Shown here in pieces: positions 26,829 to 39,500 of a stretch of 64,000 nucleotides of DNA. This DNA comes from Phoronis australis (lineage: Eukaryota; Animalia; Phoronida): positions 436,650 through 500,649 of the forward strand of contig NMRA01000119.1 of the NCBI GenBank assembly GCA_002633005.1, written 5' to 3'. Positions within the stretch are counted from its first letter, which is position 1, and each line of letters opens with the position of its first letter. The notes beneath the pieces are model-generated. The model was not told the DNA's origin and did not search any database. It saw only the letters and a list, made by a program, of their open reading frames with translations. The translations under genes and the position numbers were made by a program.

Positions 26829-27555
26829 CCCCCTAACTCAAAAGCCTGGACTCCGCCCCCGCAAAACACTTTCAGTACAATAATAGATTATTTCTTTTGT
26901 GGTGTATTTGAATACAATTTCTCTAGACATTCTGTACACATCGCACATTCTCGGATTGTTTAGAAAAATAGTAAAAATGCTCGTTTTCATGCGCTCGTGT
27001 AGTAGACGATACACGACTACCACTTACAAAAATACCTCAGTCTGTGCTCTCATAGATCCAGTCCTATAGTTGACAAAATAATGTTTTTTATTTTGTTACG
27101 TTTTACAACTTTTTACTCTAATCTAGGGGACTCCTTCGCCGCCCCCGGATTAAGCCAATGCTGGGCGCGCGTACCCCTCGTTCCCCTGCGCTTCACCAGG
27201 CCTTGCAGAGTGACCCCTCGGAATATCAAAGGATTACCGTTCCACTTGTGTGGTAGTACATAAATACACATCAGTTGGCGTGGTACTATTCAGGTCAACA
27301 GACGAATCGTCAGACATATAATATGCACGGACCAGTCGCGCTGTGCTTTCCTAGCTCACACTGTCGAAGGTAGAAAACGGTTATAGGGGAAGGTGTCGTT
27401 CGCAGATCAAAACCCGTCGAGGCCTTCACAACGTTTAGTTACGAACCACATTATTACGGCGCCGACCAACTAGCGTCACATGATCGTTAGCCAGGAGGGT
27501 GCATCTGCGATTCAGTTAGGCTCTCCTCTGTTGGCATTATCGTCCTCAAGTTAAC

Positions 27556-30500
27556 ATGTCGGCAAAACATCTGTTTTCAAATGTGACAAAACTAGCCATT
27601 CTGCGTGCCAGTTCCTTTGCAGTTAAAAGGTGCTTCAGAACTGCTCCTGTTATAACTCAGGTAAGTGAACATTATAAAAGACTCAGTTACTTCTGTAAAC
27701 AAATACCTTGTGAACCCAGCTTGGCATACAGGCGCCGGCATGCAAAATTAATAGACTGCATGGGTCTGGATCTGAAGCAGCTTCCAGTTGGTATCGCGGA
27801 AGACGACTTTCACTCACTATTGGCGAATGTACGACTATATCGCTCCCCTTTGAGCAAAAATGCATACATTAACAACGATACACCCGCGATCGACAGGTAC
27901 TCACTATCGACACCCACAACCCGTCTCCGAATGCCAATTACACACACTGCGAAAAACTCAACGCGGGGCTGAGCTCTGCCTGCCTAAAGCGGCTATTTGG
28001 CGTCGTACGGAGGTCAAACGGGTTAGGAGTGGCGCACAGCCCCGGGGGTGTCAGTTTGGAGCGGTGGCGGTAAAGTAAAATAATAGCTCGGTACCAATAG
28101 CGACCTGTCTGTTCTTTGGAGGGCCTGGAATCACCTCCAGTTTAATAATGGAGCACTGAGTTTGAAACCAATTTCAGAATAGTAAATAGTGGCCAAAACC
28201 AAAAGTGGGTTTTTGTGATGAAAGGCGGCCGGGTTTGGAGCCCTTTCAAGGGGCATTTAGCCGCTCCCAATGTTGAATTCGTAACCGAAACGCTATGGGG
28301 TATAAAACATTCCCACTCTTATCCTATCTCAAATTGTTGCCGTATGAGCCGGCAATTCAAGTCACAGGCAATGCTTACGTGCGTAAATTTCAAATTCGTA
28401 ATTTTAAGGTTGTCCAGCCTCAATGAACTCTGAAGTGTGCTGTTGAGTCGATGGTGATTTTGGTGTTCTTGTTGGTAACAGAAATAGAATCCAGTGTCAC
28501 GGTAACAAAGATTTTATAATTACCTATATCTTTGACGGTAAGGAAAATTATGAGACCGATTTGATAGGCAAAAGGAGAAATTCTACTTTCGTATTTTAAC
28601 CAGCTTAATAGGGCGAAATGCAACTTCAACGAAACATTGGCTGAAAACAATGGTACAAAAGTTTAGACAAAAACCTACTGGAACTGCGCACAACAAGAAT
28701 CAACTCTATCCTTGGCCCAGTAATACTTGACAACCATGAAATAGTGCACGTTCTAAACTAAAGTCTATACTTAGAGTAATGAAGTTAGTGATTTATGCCA
28801 TGTTATTAGGTCACCGGCCCCTTTTTCCTGAAAAAAACACTATACAAACACACACACACTTGTTGGTTTAGACAAAATGCAATAAAAACCTAGAGAGAAA
28901 AAATAACAGAAACAAAAACGATAAGAAAAAATAAAACTCAACATGTCTCCGTTTTTCTGCATGGACTAGAAACTTGGCTACAATGGTTGACATGTAATAC
29001 ATCACGTGAACTCATCAAGCGACCAAAACAAGTTTACTTGGATGTAATTAGCAAGTAGTATTAGCGAGCCAGTGAAATTATCTCTGGCAGATTCAGAGGG
29101 CGGGTGTTCTTCTTGCCGATAAGCCACTTTAATTGGGGTCACTGACAACACTGGCTATCTTGTCCTCAGACTTAGAGTCGGTCTTTAGCACCTCCAAGAT
29201 TCTTGCGTATTTCTCGTCAGGGACTAACCGGCTGTTGGTAGCCCTCGCAGCTTCAGCAAGGTCTGCACTTGTCCTTGTGTTCACGACACATGCTTATTTC
29301 GTATAACCTAACTGACGAGATAAATTACTAACTTAGAAAGCAAATATACAGATAAAAGTTAACTCCGGTTAAAACCAGCAGGACTCAAGAGACCTGATGC
29401 CCTGGTGTAAACGTCAAAATAATCAACAATAACACTGAAGCAATGACAAATATATGAAAAATTCTACTTCAGATAATATACGGCGTTCACCAGTCCCCTC
29501 GTTCACAAGAGACCGTCGACACCACCGGCACAACAAAGCCAAAATGCCCACGGGAGACTGAAAGTGAGAAGGAAAATACTCAGCAGTCGAGATGATACCA
29601 CGTGTGCTGGCAGCACGTCTACAGCACTCCGTTGGGGAGGCCCCACCATCCGACATACAAAAAGTGAAATGGTGGGAGACGACCTATTCGTGGGGGGTAG
29701 CCACTATTACGAGAATAGAAGACGACGGTGTTCGAAGGGCTTTTTGTTAGCCGTGAAATAGCACTTTTCTTTTTCGTGAACCGTGTTATTCGTGTTAACT
29801 TTTTTCATTAAAGTCTTTTAAATATCTTGTCCGTGAATCGTGATCTTTGGACCAAATTCGTGAACGTGAACAATAATTAGCTAGTCCAAAGTATCTGAAT
29901 TAAACCCCGGCCGCAAAGTTGCTCGACTACTGGTCACCGAGTCGGACGAAATGTGGCTTGGTACTTCACGCACTGCTCGGCTGCTAAATGAGGTAAAGAG
30001 CAAAAAGTTCAAAAGACATGATTTCTTATCCAAAAAGTACGAAACCATGTCGTCTTATCGCCTACAGTGACGGAGGTCACGGTGATCATTTTCATTTTAT
30101 ATGACACAGACGATAAAAAGTATTGCAAAAGAAAGACACATGTACTTTGCCTCAGTCGAGCTGTTAATCAGGGTGTACTATCGACATCAGGACACCACAT
30201 GAACTTCGCAACGCAAGATGGTGCCAGTTTGATAGCAAAATAACCGGTCCTCTCCCAGCCTCGGTAGCGACGGGGCCTGTTTTGTAAGTGAGTCATGTTG
30301 CAGTCCCTAATATCGTTTTTCAGAACAGCGCTTTCATTGAGCACAGTACCTGAGCATAGTCCCAACAGCCATTTTAAGATACGATTTTCCGGAGTTGGAG
30401 ATTTTTTAATGTTCTACATAACCTTATTTTGCTTAAAATCAACATTTGCCTTGTTTTGACCAGTGCCTATATTGTCAGCACCATTAAGCAATAACACTGC

Positions 30501-33500
30501 ATGTCAAAAATCGTGAATTTAATATTACATGAAGGAGAAAATACAACAAAAGCGACTTTAATTGAAAGTTTTTAAGCTCCACAGGCATGAGTGTGACGTA
30601 TGAATGTACCCAGATCAAGCGTGCCATGTTCACCAACACGCGAGTTTCTTGCACAAACTTGTGCCTTATCCGCGCTTCTCTTATGCCTCCCGTGAAAGTA
30701 AAGAGAGCCCTCATCATTCCTGATTATTCCATATACGAAAACAATACAAACAAGCAACAATATCTGACGATTTTTCACAATAAACACTGCGAAGGATGAC
30801 TAATGCTGCGATTTGTGCTCCCGATTCTATATTTATCGACCAATAAATGCCCGCCGTATCTCGATATCAGCTTTTAAAATAACACATCGCCAGACAGTGA
30901 TTACGGGTGTTCTAATTTGACAACTGAGCGACAAGTGGGTTTGCATTTTGGTGTTTTTTTTGATGTAAAATTGGTAATTTTAAGCACTTTGAGGATAGCG
31001 GGGACCCATTTGTGGGGAACAACCCGATTTTGACTGGCCGTAAACCGGCTAATCAAAATATGAAACCCCTTCTGTACAGCTCTGTTGTAAAACAGCGCCT
31101 TTTGCTGAGTTTTTATCCAATAAAGTGAACCATTTCACAAAGAACATTACCGTAAAATCCCATATGGTCGACACGGTCATGTACACCTCACTGTGACATA
31201 TGGGACTGCAGTAATTCCTCCAGGTTCTGTTCTGTGAATGTAATTATTCTCAAAATGGTATCATGCAGGAAACTATGAGCAAAAATATGATTGAGTAAAT
31301 GGTAACACCTTTGTCCAAACCAAAACTGCGGGTTAGCTGAAGCCCGCCGGAGCCGAAACGGAGCCCGCCGGAGCCGAGACTGAGCATTGTACTGTACTTC
31401 AAGACAAAAAGTATTCAAAGTATTGAAATCTGTCAGCTTGTTTCGTATGGATGAAAATACAGTTATTTTTCATTTCAAAAACGTTTGTCGACTATTAAAA
31501 AGCCTTTGACAGCGCTTCTTAAACATCTGTGCCCTTCTTCAACTTCAGCGAACTAAAATATTTTCCATTGGATAAAAATCTTCAATTGTGCTTCCAGCAT
31601 CTGTGTTATACAAAGCGGAATATATTTTTCCTACTCGACAAGGTTGTAAGCAAGAAGTCTTTGTATTACTTTATCTCTGTTTGACATGTGCAGGACTGTT
31701 AAGTTCAAATTGAAGCATATGCCTAAGACTGACTGTGACATATTGATTCCCTATTTCCCTTAAAATTCTTACATCAACTACGTTCATTGCTAGTAAATGT
31801 AAGTACAATATCTAGAGAAAAGTGAAAGTTGCAGTTGGAGTTAGACCAGAGTGGAGTTTGGCGGAGCAACGATGATTCCGATGTAGCTTAATTCGCCGCA
31901 TCGTTGGAGCAAATTCTTACCTGTTTAAGATTACGATCTCTCAATCCCCTGTGTGTAGATTTTGTGGTAAAAGCCCAGAATCAGTGTTACAGTTGCATGT
32001 TAATTGACCATTTGTGAGCTCTTTTTGGACCAGTGTTGGTAGGTTGGTCCTTCCCAGATAATAAGAATGCGATATTAGATGACAAAATAATACGACAAGC
32101 AGACGAGCAACCAGTTGTAAATGTGTTGTAAGTACTAACTGGCCAAGTATCACAGACCCACACGCACGCACGCACGCACCACACGCTGACGCATGCACCA
32201 CACACAGACACGCACACACACGCGCGCGCGCAAACACATGCACGCACCCCCACATAAAGAAACAACATCTTGAGATTACATGATCATCGATGGAAATCTA
32301 CAAGAGGTCACTTATCAAGAAGTGAACTTTTAGAAAAATACATTTACACTAAAACTGGTCAAATGAACCGGTTTGTGGACAGATAAGCAAGTGTTTTAAT
32401 GCTTTTATTTCATTATATTTCATACCGCGAAAATACGACTTCAGCAACGCGTGTGATATGCATGAGAAAAGTGGATGTATGTGTCAAACACGTTATTTGT
32501 ACTTATTTCAAATAATGTGCATGCGATTAATAAATGTTGGATTGTTGCATGACTGCAAATGCATTAATTAAAATAGGAGGGTGGCGCATGACAATGTGAC
32601 GCCATTGTTGCTATAGAGAGACGCATGATAATGCGACGCCATTGTTGCTATAGAGAGACGCAAGACAATGCGACGCCATTGTTGCTATAGACCAAGTGGG
32701 ACCTGGGTTCCGTTTCGTGAAAACTGGCTTAAGCCTTAGACTGAAGACATAAATTTGTCTAAGTTAAGCACGAAATTCAGGCTAAGTTAACACTGAAGAC
32801 ACAAACTCAGAAAAGACTGTTTCAAGAACACGGAAACGAAGTTTGGTCTTCGGTCTTAACCATTATAGTTGGTTAAGTTTGAATGAGCAGTACCTGCAAA
32901 TAGATTTTGATCAAATTTTTGTTATGAGGTTTTAAAATATGCTAAAGATGAAGGCAGAATGTTTTTACAGACAACTGTTTTGTAGAGACTAAAAGCATAC
33001 CGTGAACTGTGAAACTAAAACAATAACCTAGTAGGTGAATCGTGAAATAGTTAGTTCTACTCACGTGAATTATGGTTCGACTCCTCCCCCTCCACCACCC
33101 TAATAGAATGTAGTGATTTTTGCCTTGCAGATCCGCCACTGAGCGCGTTGCCCTGTGATTCACTAAAACATGCATGTATTTTGCAGAGCGTTCAAGCTTC
33201 AAACCATGTCTCCCTAGAAAACAGTCAGAAACTAGTGACTGTCCACTGGGAAGGACAGGAAAGTTCCAGCTGGTATGTATAGTACGATTCACGTATGGTG
33301 TTTCAATGGCCTTTATTCGAAGCTGTGCCATATCTGAGTGCGCCTACGTGCAGAACTTTTTAAAAATGTCTTTGAATAGAAGCAAGCAGGATAATAGCAG
33401 AGTAGAGGTTTAGTTACCTGTTAAAGTGTTGACATAATTTCACAAGATTATTCAATTAATTGTGGAGAACTGGATCATTACTTGTTGTTGGGCCAAGCTA

Positions 33501-36500
33501 GGTGGCCGCATTTTTGCTTCTGAGGATGGTGTTTTAATAAACGCCGAAACATATCAAGCCGTTTTAACATCCTTGTTTTTATCAACAGGGAACTCGTACT
33601 GGACATAAAGACTCAAACAACAAGGACCCATGTTATAGTCACTGAACTCTGTTCCATGTCGCATTAGTCGAGCTAATATAAAGATTTAACCGCAGCTTAC
33701 CATGCAATTGGTACATTTTTGTACGGTGCCCTTAGCAGGGGCAGGAAACCGCCTCTTACTGCGGGGGCGTACCCTTACCAAAGTCCGCAAAAGCTCTTAC
33801 TGCACACAAAAAGCCCTCACTACGGAACCTGAACTCCAGTTATACTCGAGGAGTCTTTGCGCTACCCAATTTCTACGTGTTGTGTGTTCAGTCATTTGCC
33901 CTAAGAATTGTTCGCAGTAAGAGCGCTTGAGTGTGGTTAGGGTTCAGCGCCCGGTTGCATGAAACAGTCCCTAATAGGGACTCAACTAAGGACCCTAAAT
34001 CTTTTGCATATTTGTGTCACAGATGTAATATTTTTTTATCATTTTATCTTTATTATGAGCTCCTCTTTGACTGATGACATTAATTAAAATCTGAATCCTT
34101 AATTCATTGAAAACGAATAGGGACTTAGTCCTTAAATTAGGAGCGTTGCAAGAAAAGGTCTCTACTTATTTTTAATGATATTGAGAATTCAACGTAAAAA
34201 TCACTCTCGCTTTGTATCAAAGCCAACAAATTTGACTTAATAATGAAACTAAAACAATATAAGAAAGAACATTCAGTGTTTTCACAAGTCCACAAACAAG
34301 CATTGGGTTTAGGGACCTTAGTTGAGTCCCTATTTGGGACTGCTTCATGCAACCAACCACAGGTTCCGTGATAAAATTTTGTGCGGGATGAACTTGCATT
34401 TGGCAGGCCTGCTCACTATAAAATCGTAGCAAATATTCAAATTTCTATGGTAGAGTTCGCTTGGTTGGACCATGTAAGCAGACCAAGTTAACTACCGGTT
34501 TGGTGGCTTACTTGGCCTACGACAACACCAATCTTTGCCAGTGTTCGCTCACAGACACCTAATCGTGATAAAACCGTTATATTTCAGTTACAACGCCGTC
34601 TGGCTACGGCACAACTGTCATTGCCCTGAATGCAAACAAGTTGGGAGTGGGCAGAAAATAATGAACATGTTTGCGCGTCCGCCGTCAGACGTCATTGTAA
34701 AGGATGCAAAAGTTGACGGTTTGTACCACAGATACATCATTTATTTCGTTAGCCAATACCAACGTGCCTTATCTTATTCAAATCTGGTTTCAGCTACCTT
34801 CACATGTAACCACATTCAATACATTCAGGCGAAAAAATCATGCCATTACCAGAATGAGCTATTTTTCGTGTACTGGAGACCACCAAAACGTATTCAACCA
34901 AAAGTAATGTAAATAATGATTAGTGCTCAATTTTCTAAATAGTTCCCTGGAAAGCGTTACTACTATTAATAGAACGGTTGATTGTACTATAAAAGGCGGT
35001 AAACTTCGGAATGAGCTTAAATTTTATTTTTCTTGATTTATCGCACCAAAGATATAGCTCCTACTACTGTATTGTTACGCCATAAGGCCCATATACGCCT
35101 GCTCGGAGCTGTGGAAGTCTTTGGCGCCATAAATAAAAACTTAAAATTGTGAGAGCACTTTTAAACCTAGCTCCATAGTCAACGAATCTGGATTTTTCGG
35201 TAAAAGACATGTGAAAAAGATAGCAAAGTGGTAATACTCCCAGCCCAAACAACAGACGACAGCCAATAACTTATTTGTATCACAAAGTCGCCATCTGTAG
35301 TGGGACGTCTGAAAATTCTAAGAGCGTTTACATTTAACTTGGTACTTTCTGACCGAATTAAATGTCTTGTTTTGAAATTGCAGGTGACAAGTTAAGCATT
35401 ACGTGGGGTGATCACTCCGGCTATGCACCCATTGAGTGGCTAAAACTTAATGATTATTCTGAGGAATCTTTACAAAGAAAATCCACCCAAGCAACGCCCA
35501 CGTTTATGAAGGTAAACAAGACCCAGAACTTGCTCTATTGTGTATTTTCATGATTCGAGTTTGACTGAAGCGAAGTACAATTGATATCGACTGTGAATTT
35601 TGAACACGTTTTTGTTTTAGGGTGACATGCCGAAGCTGAGTTATGACCGCCTTGAGACTGAGGACGGCGTGTGGGAATGGATAGAAGCCTTAAATGACGT
35701 TGGATTGTGTCTTATTACAAATATTCCCAACGAAAATTCGTCAGTTTTGGAAAGTATTGTCGAGAAAATTTGTCCTAGTTTGAGAACGATATACGGGCCG
35801 GTAAGCATAGAGTACTAATTAAGTTGAATTCTAATATTTTATTTTCAAGTTAAGTAAATAACTTATCCACAGGAAATTAAAAAAATTAGAAGAAAAAGGA
35901 TTAAGTTTGGGTAATATGTTTCAATGCAAAAGAAATTATCCTGTCATGTATTACTCAATTTTACAAACTACTGCAGTAAACCCGCGTTCCGCCGAAGACA
36001 CGTAATTTTTATTTAGAACAAACACCACTATAAAATTGTGGCCTGTTCCAAAAAAAACTGACTTAGCTAAGACGAATCTTAAATTTCCGTCAATTTCAAG
36101 ATGAAACATAAAATTTTCTCAAGTCCGTTTCAAAAAACAGATCTTAAGTTTGACTTAAGCTTTTGACTAAAGTTTTGTCTTAATTTTGGATATCTTACCG
36201 GATGTGGAAGTTTCAATGTTTGGAAGTTGAGATAAATCTCGAAAATGAACTTAAGTTAGTTTCTTGGAACGGGCCCTTGGTCTCAACTTGTTCCTTATTC
36301 GGACAAGGAGGGATTTTTGGTCTTGAAAAAAAAACTGACAGTCCGTTATTCTTCGAGACCATGCTCTACGAATGACAGTCATGAAAGGTCAACTTGTACA
36401 ACGTGGGACCGGGCTCTAATCGTTTTCGCTCCAAATCGAACTGGAAATAATTTTTAACACTTTTCGTTCTACTTTGGTATGAACTCGAGATAGGTGTCTA

Positions 36501-39500
36501 TTATTTTGTGCTCGTGTATGTCGTAGTCTTGGTAGATGACTGTGTAATCCTATTTTGCACTTGATAACTCCAGCATTGAAGCCATAAGTTCAAACCTGAA
36601 CTTGGAATTTCGAATTTTAACTGGAGTCTCTAGTAGCTCGAATATAAGGATCATCAAGGGCATTTCAAGAAAGAGATCTTAAGTTTGACAAAAGTTTTTG
36701 ACTAAAGTTTTGTCTTTCATTTGGTTTCTTACTGGAGGTGGAAATTTCAAAGTTTGGAAGTTGAGACAAATCCTATACTTAAGTAAAAAATGAACAGTTT
36801 CTTGGAATGGGCCCTGGTCTCAAGCTATGAGTTGCCAGTTCTTTCTAAACGTAGAATGCACACCTGTTTTGACATTTTGAGACCAGCTTCACAACAGTCT
36901 ATATTCTAAATCCAAATGTGTTTTCTTTGTGATGTTAGGAGTGTTTGTGCTCACTTTAGTAGTGGGCAAAAAAGGCAAGCTTATGCAAATTTCTGAAGAA
37001 ATCTGCATATGACCTGTTATAATTCAGTCCCTTTCAGCTCCTAAAGTACATTTAATTTAAGCCTATTTCATGAATTTCTTGCACATTTTTGTCCAAATCT
37101 GACTTATTTGAATATTGGGGGGGGGNTGACTTGCGAAGGAATCAAGAAAAATCCCTTAGCTCCTGGGTTGGGCTGAAAGAAACTTTTTGATAAACTTCAA
37201 GATCGTTGCATGACGTCAAGGGGATTTTTCAACAATAGGAACGTGACGCATGATGGTGCGACACCATTGTTACTGTCCAGTTTGCAACTTTTATGCAACA
37301 GTTTCTTGGAAGTGACGTAAGACTAAAGACCGAAATTTGACGTTTTTGGCAGGATTGTCGAAAAATAATAATAATGAAAAAAAAATAATTGCCGGCGGTC
37401 TGATACACGTTGTACCAGACGTGCAGAGGCCTCGCATGTGGGCCCATTGCACTGATCACCTGGAAATATTTTTATGCTTTATTAATATATGATTAAATCC
37501 GAGCTGAGGAGCTAGAAACCTGGCTCAAGGGTTTAGCAGTGTGACCTGGTGGGACTCGAACCCACGACCTCGAGTAAAGAAAGCGGGCACTTATCAACCA
37601 GGCCGCACTGCCTCCTCGAAAAATACTCGAATCCCACAATTCCCTGTTATTCTAAGCAAAATGAGAAGAGGTACAATGTTGGGTAGGAACCGATATTGGC
37701 TAACATAATATATTTTTCTTAGGGTGCCACTGACGTTAAAGCGGTAACTTCTAATCCAGCTAACATTGCCTACAGTACCAGCGAATTACCACTTCATATG
37801 GACTTTCCTTATTATGAGTCAATACCTGGGCTTCAGTTTTTAAGGTGTATAAGGTATGACAAGCCGCTACACATTTAACTTTAAACATCGCTTTATCGTT
37901 TCCATTGGTTCCAGCCATCCTTCACCCGCAGACTCTCACAATATACGAACTAATACAAATCTTCACTTTCTTCGTTTTCTGCTCACGGCCACCCAGACCG
38001 GGGAGCATCCAGTCACAATGGATAAACTTTTCGAAATTGTGACTAATTTGTTGTTCAATTGATTAAAGTTACCATTTTTTCTATTTTAGTTTTCTTGGTA
38101 TTAGGGTCCATGCATTTGAATGGAGCCAGGGGCATCCAATAAAATTGCCCCGGTCATCTCCAAATCTCTGCACGCTACGCCGCCCGTTACACTAAAAACT
38201 AATCGGTGTCACAAAGCTCATTATTTGAATTCTAGTATCTCCAATTGTCATTCCCAGACATCTCTGTGATTAATTGTGAAAACTGAAACATATTTTTTCT
38301 TAAGATTTGACGACTGCGTGATCGGCGGCGAAAGCGTTCTACTGGACACGTATTTGGTCGCGGAAGAATTTCGCCAGGAACACCCGGATTTGTTCGACAC
38401 TCTTGTCAGACTACCCGCCACCTTTCAGAAGATTCATTACGATAGGTACATCGCCTAATTCTCGGCTGCTGTACTCATTACCGTCAGTGCTGTGGTGGTA
38501 AACTTAGAGGTAAGTAGGCGCCCAAAGCCCACGTATCACCTTGAGCACTGAACGTAACTTACGGTGCGTAGGCGCTACGTTCAAATGCCAAAAGGTGGTT
38601 GGCTGCGCCTACGTGCGCCTACGCCCCACTACAGCGCTGATTACCGTATAGCATAGAAACACAAATTTAGCTAGTGAAGGTTGTAGCTACCAGTCATCCA
38701 TATAATTAGTACAAAGTTCTTGTGTGATTAAGTGACATAATCAGTCACAGTGAAGCATGATCCGAGCTTTTTCATCTGAGAAACTTTTCGATTTTGCTTC
38801 TTGAATTTGCTTTGTAATTTTTTTCACAAAGGTCTGTGACTCCAGTGACCCTCCTCTTGCCTACTGTTGTATCACGTGACCCCCAAGAGTGACTGCATTA
38901 CTTTCAAACTCAATTTTTGAGTTTAGGCATAATCTCAATACAGTACTCAAAAATAGTTGCTCCCCTAAAAACTGCTCAGGTTAGCAGGTATAATTACCAG
39001 GTTCATATGACGATTTCAAAGCGGATTTGGTAATTTATGAAAGCGGGCTTTCTATACGTTAAGTTATGCTGATCTTTCGAAAATTTTGGAGCTCAGAAAG
39101 GAGTTATATCCGTTTGTTAATCGAAAACTGGAAACACTATGAGCTTTTCAAAAGGTTTGGACCTAAAATCAATCAAAACTAAGCATGAACGTCTAGCTAT
39201 TTATGGAAGACGAGAGAGGAATGCAATCAAACCTGGCTGTATACTCGAGCCGGAGCTCCATTGGCGTTTCTAGAACTGTTCAAATCACCAATCACGGTAC
39301 ATGGTTTCGTTAGCAAAGGATTATTCTAGAGATGTTGCTCGCTGGTTCCCTATGTGTCCGCTAGGGGTTTGAGGCACGCAGGGAACCAGCGAGGAGATGT
39401 TACTGTCCCAGTATGCTTCGCCTCATTGTCTGATCACATGCACTTACGAAATTAGCTAGCTCTTGAGTTTTTAATGCCGGCTTATGAGCACCACACACGG

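Noticed and set aside
27556-27972. 138-aa single-exon ORF
   Set aside because: A strong donor CAG|GTAAGT at 27660/27661 indicates only the first 35 codons are exonic; the rest is intron read-through.
32586-32691. CRISPR-like 37-bp repeats
   Set aside because: Units are head-to-tail with no unique spacers, there are no cas genes, and the context is eukaryotic.
33589-33645. Candidate extra exon of the dioxygenase after a good acceptor
   Set aside because: The frames I checked hit stops, and exons 33187-33272 and 34588-34718 already join in phase.
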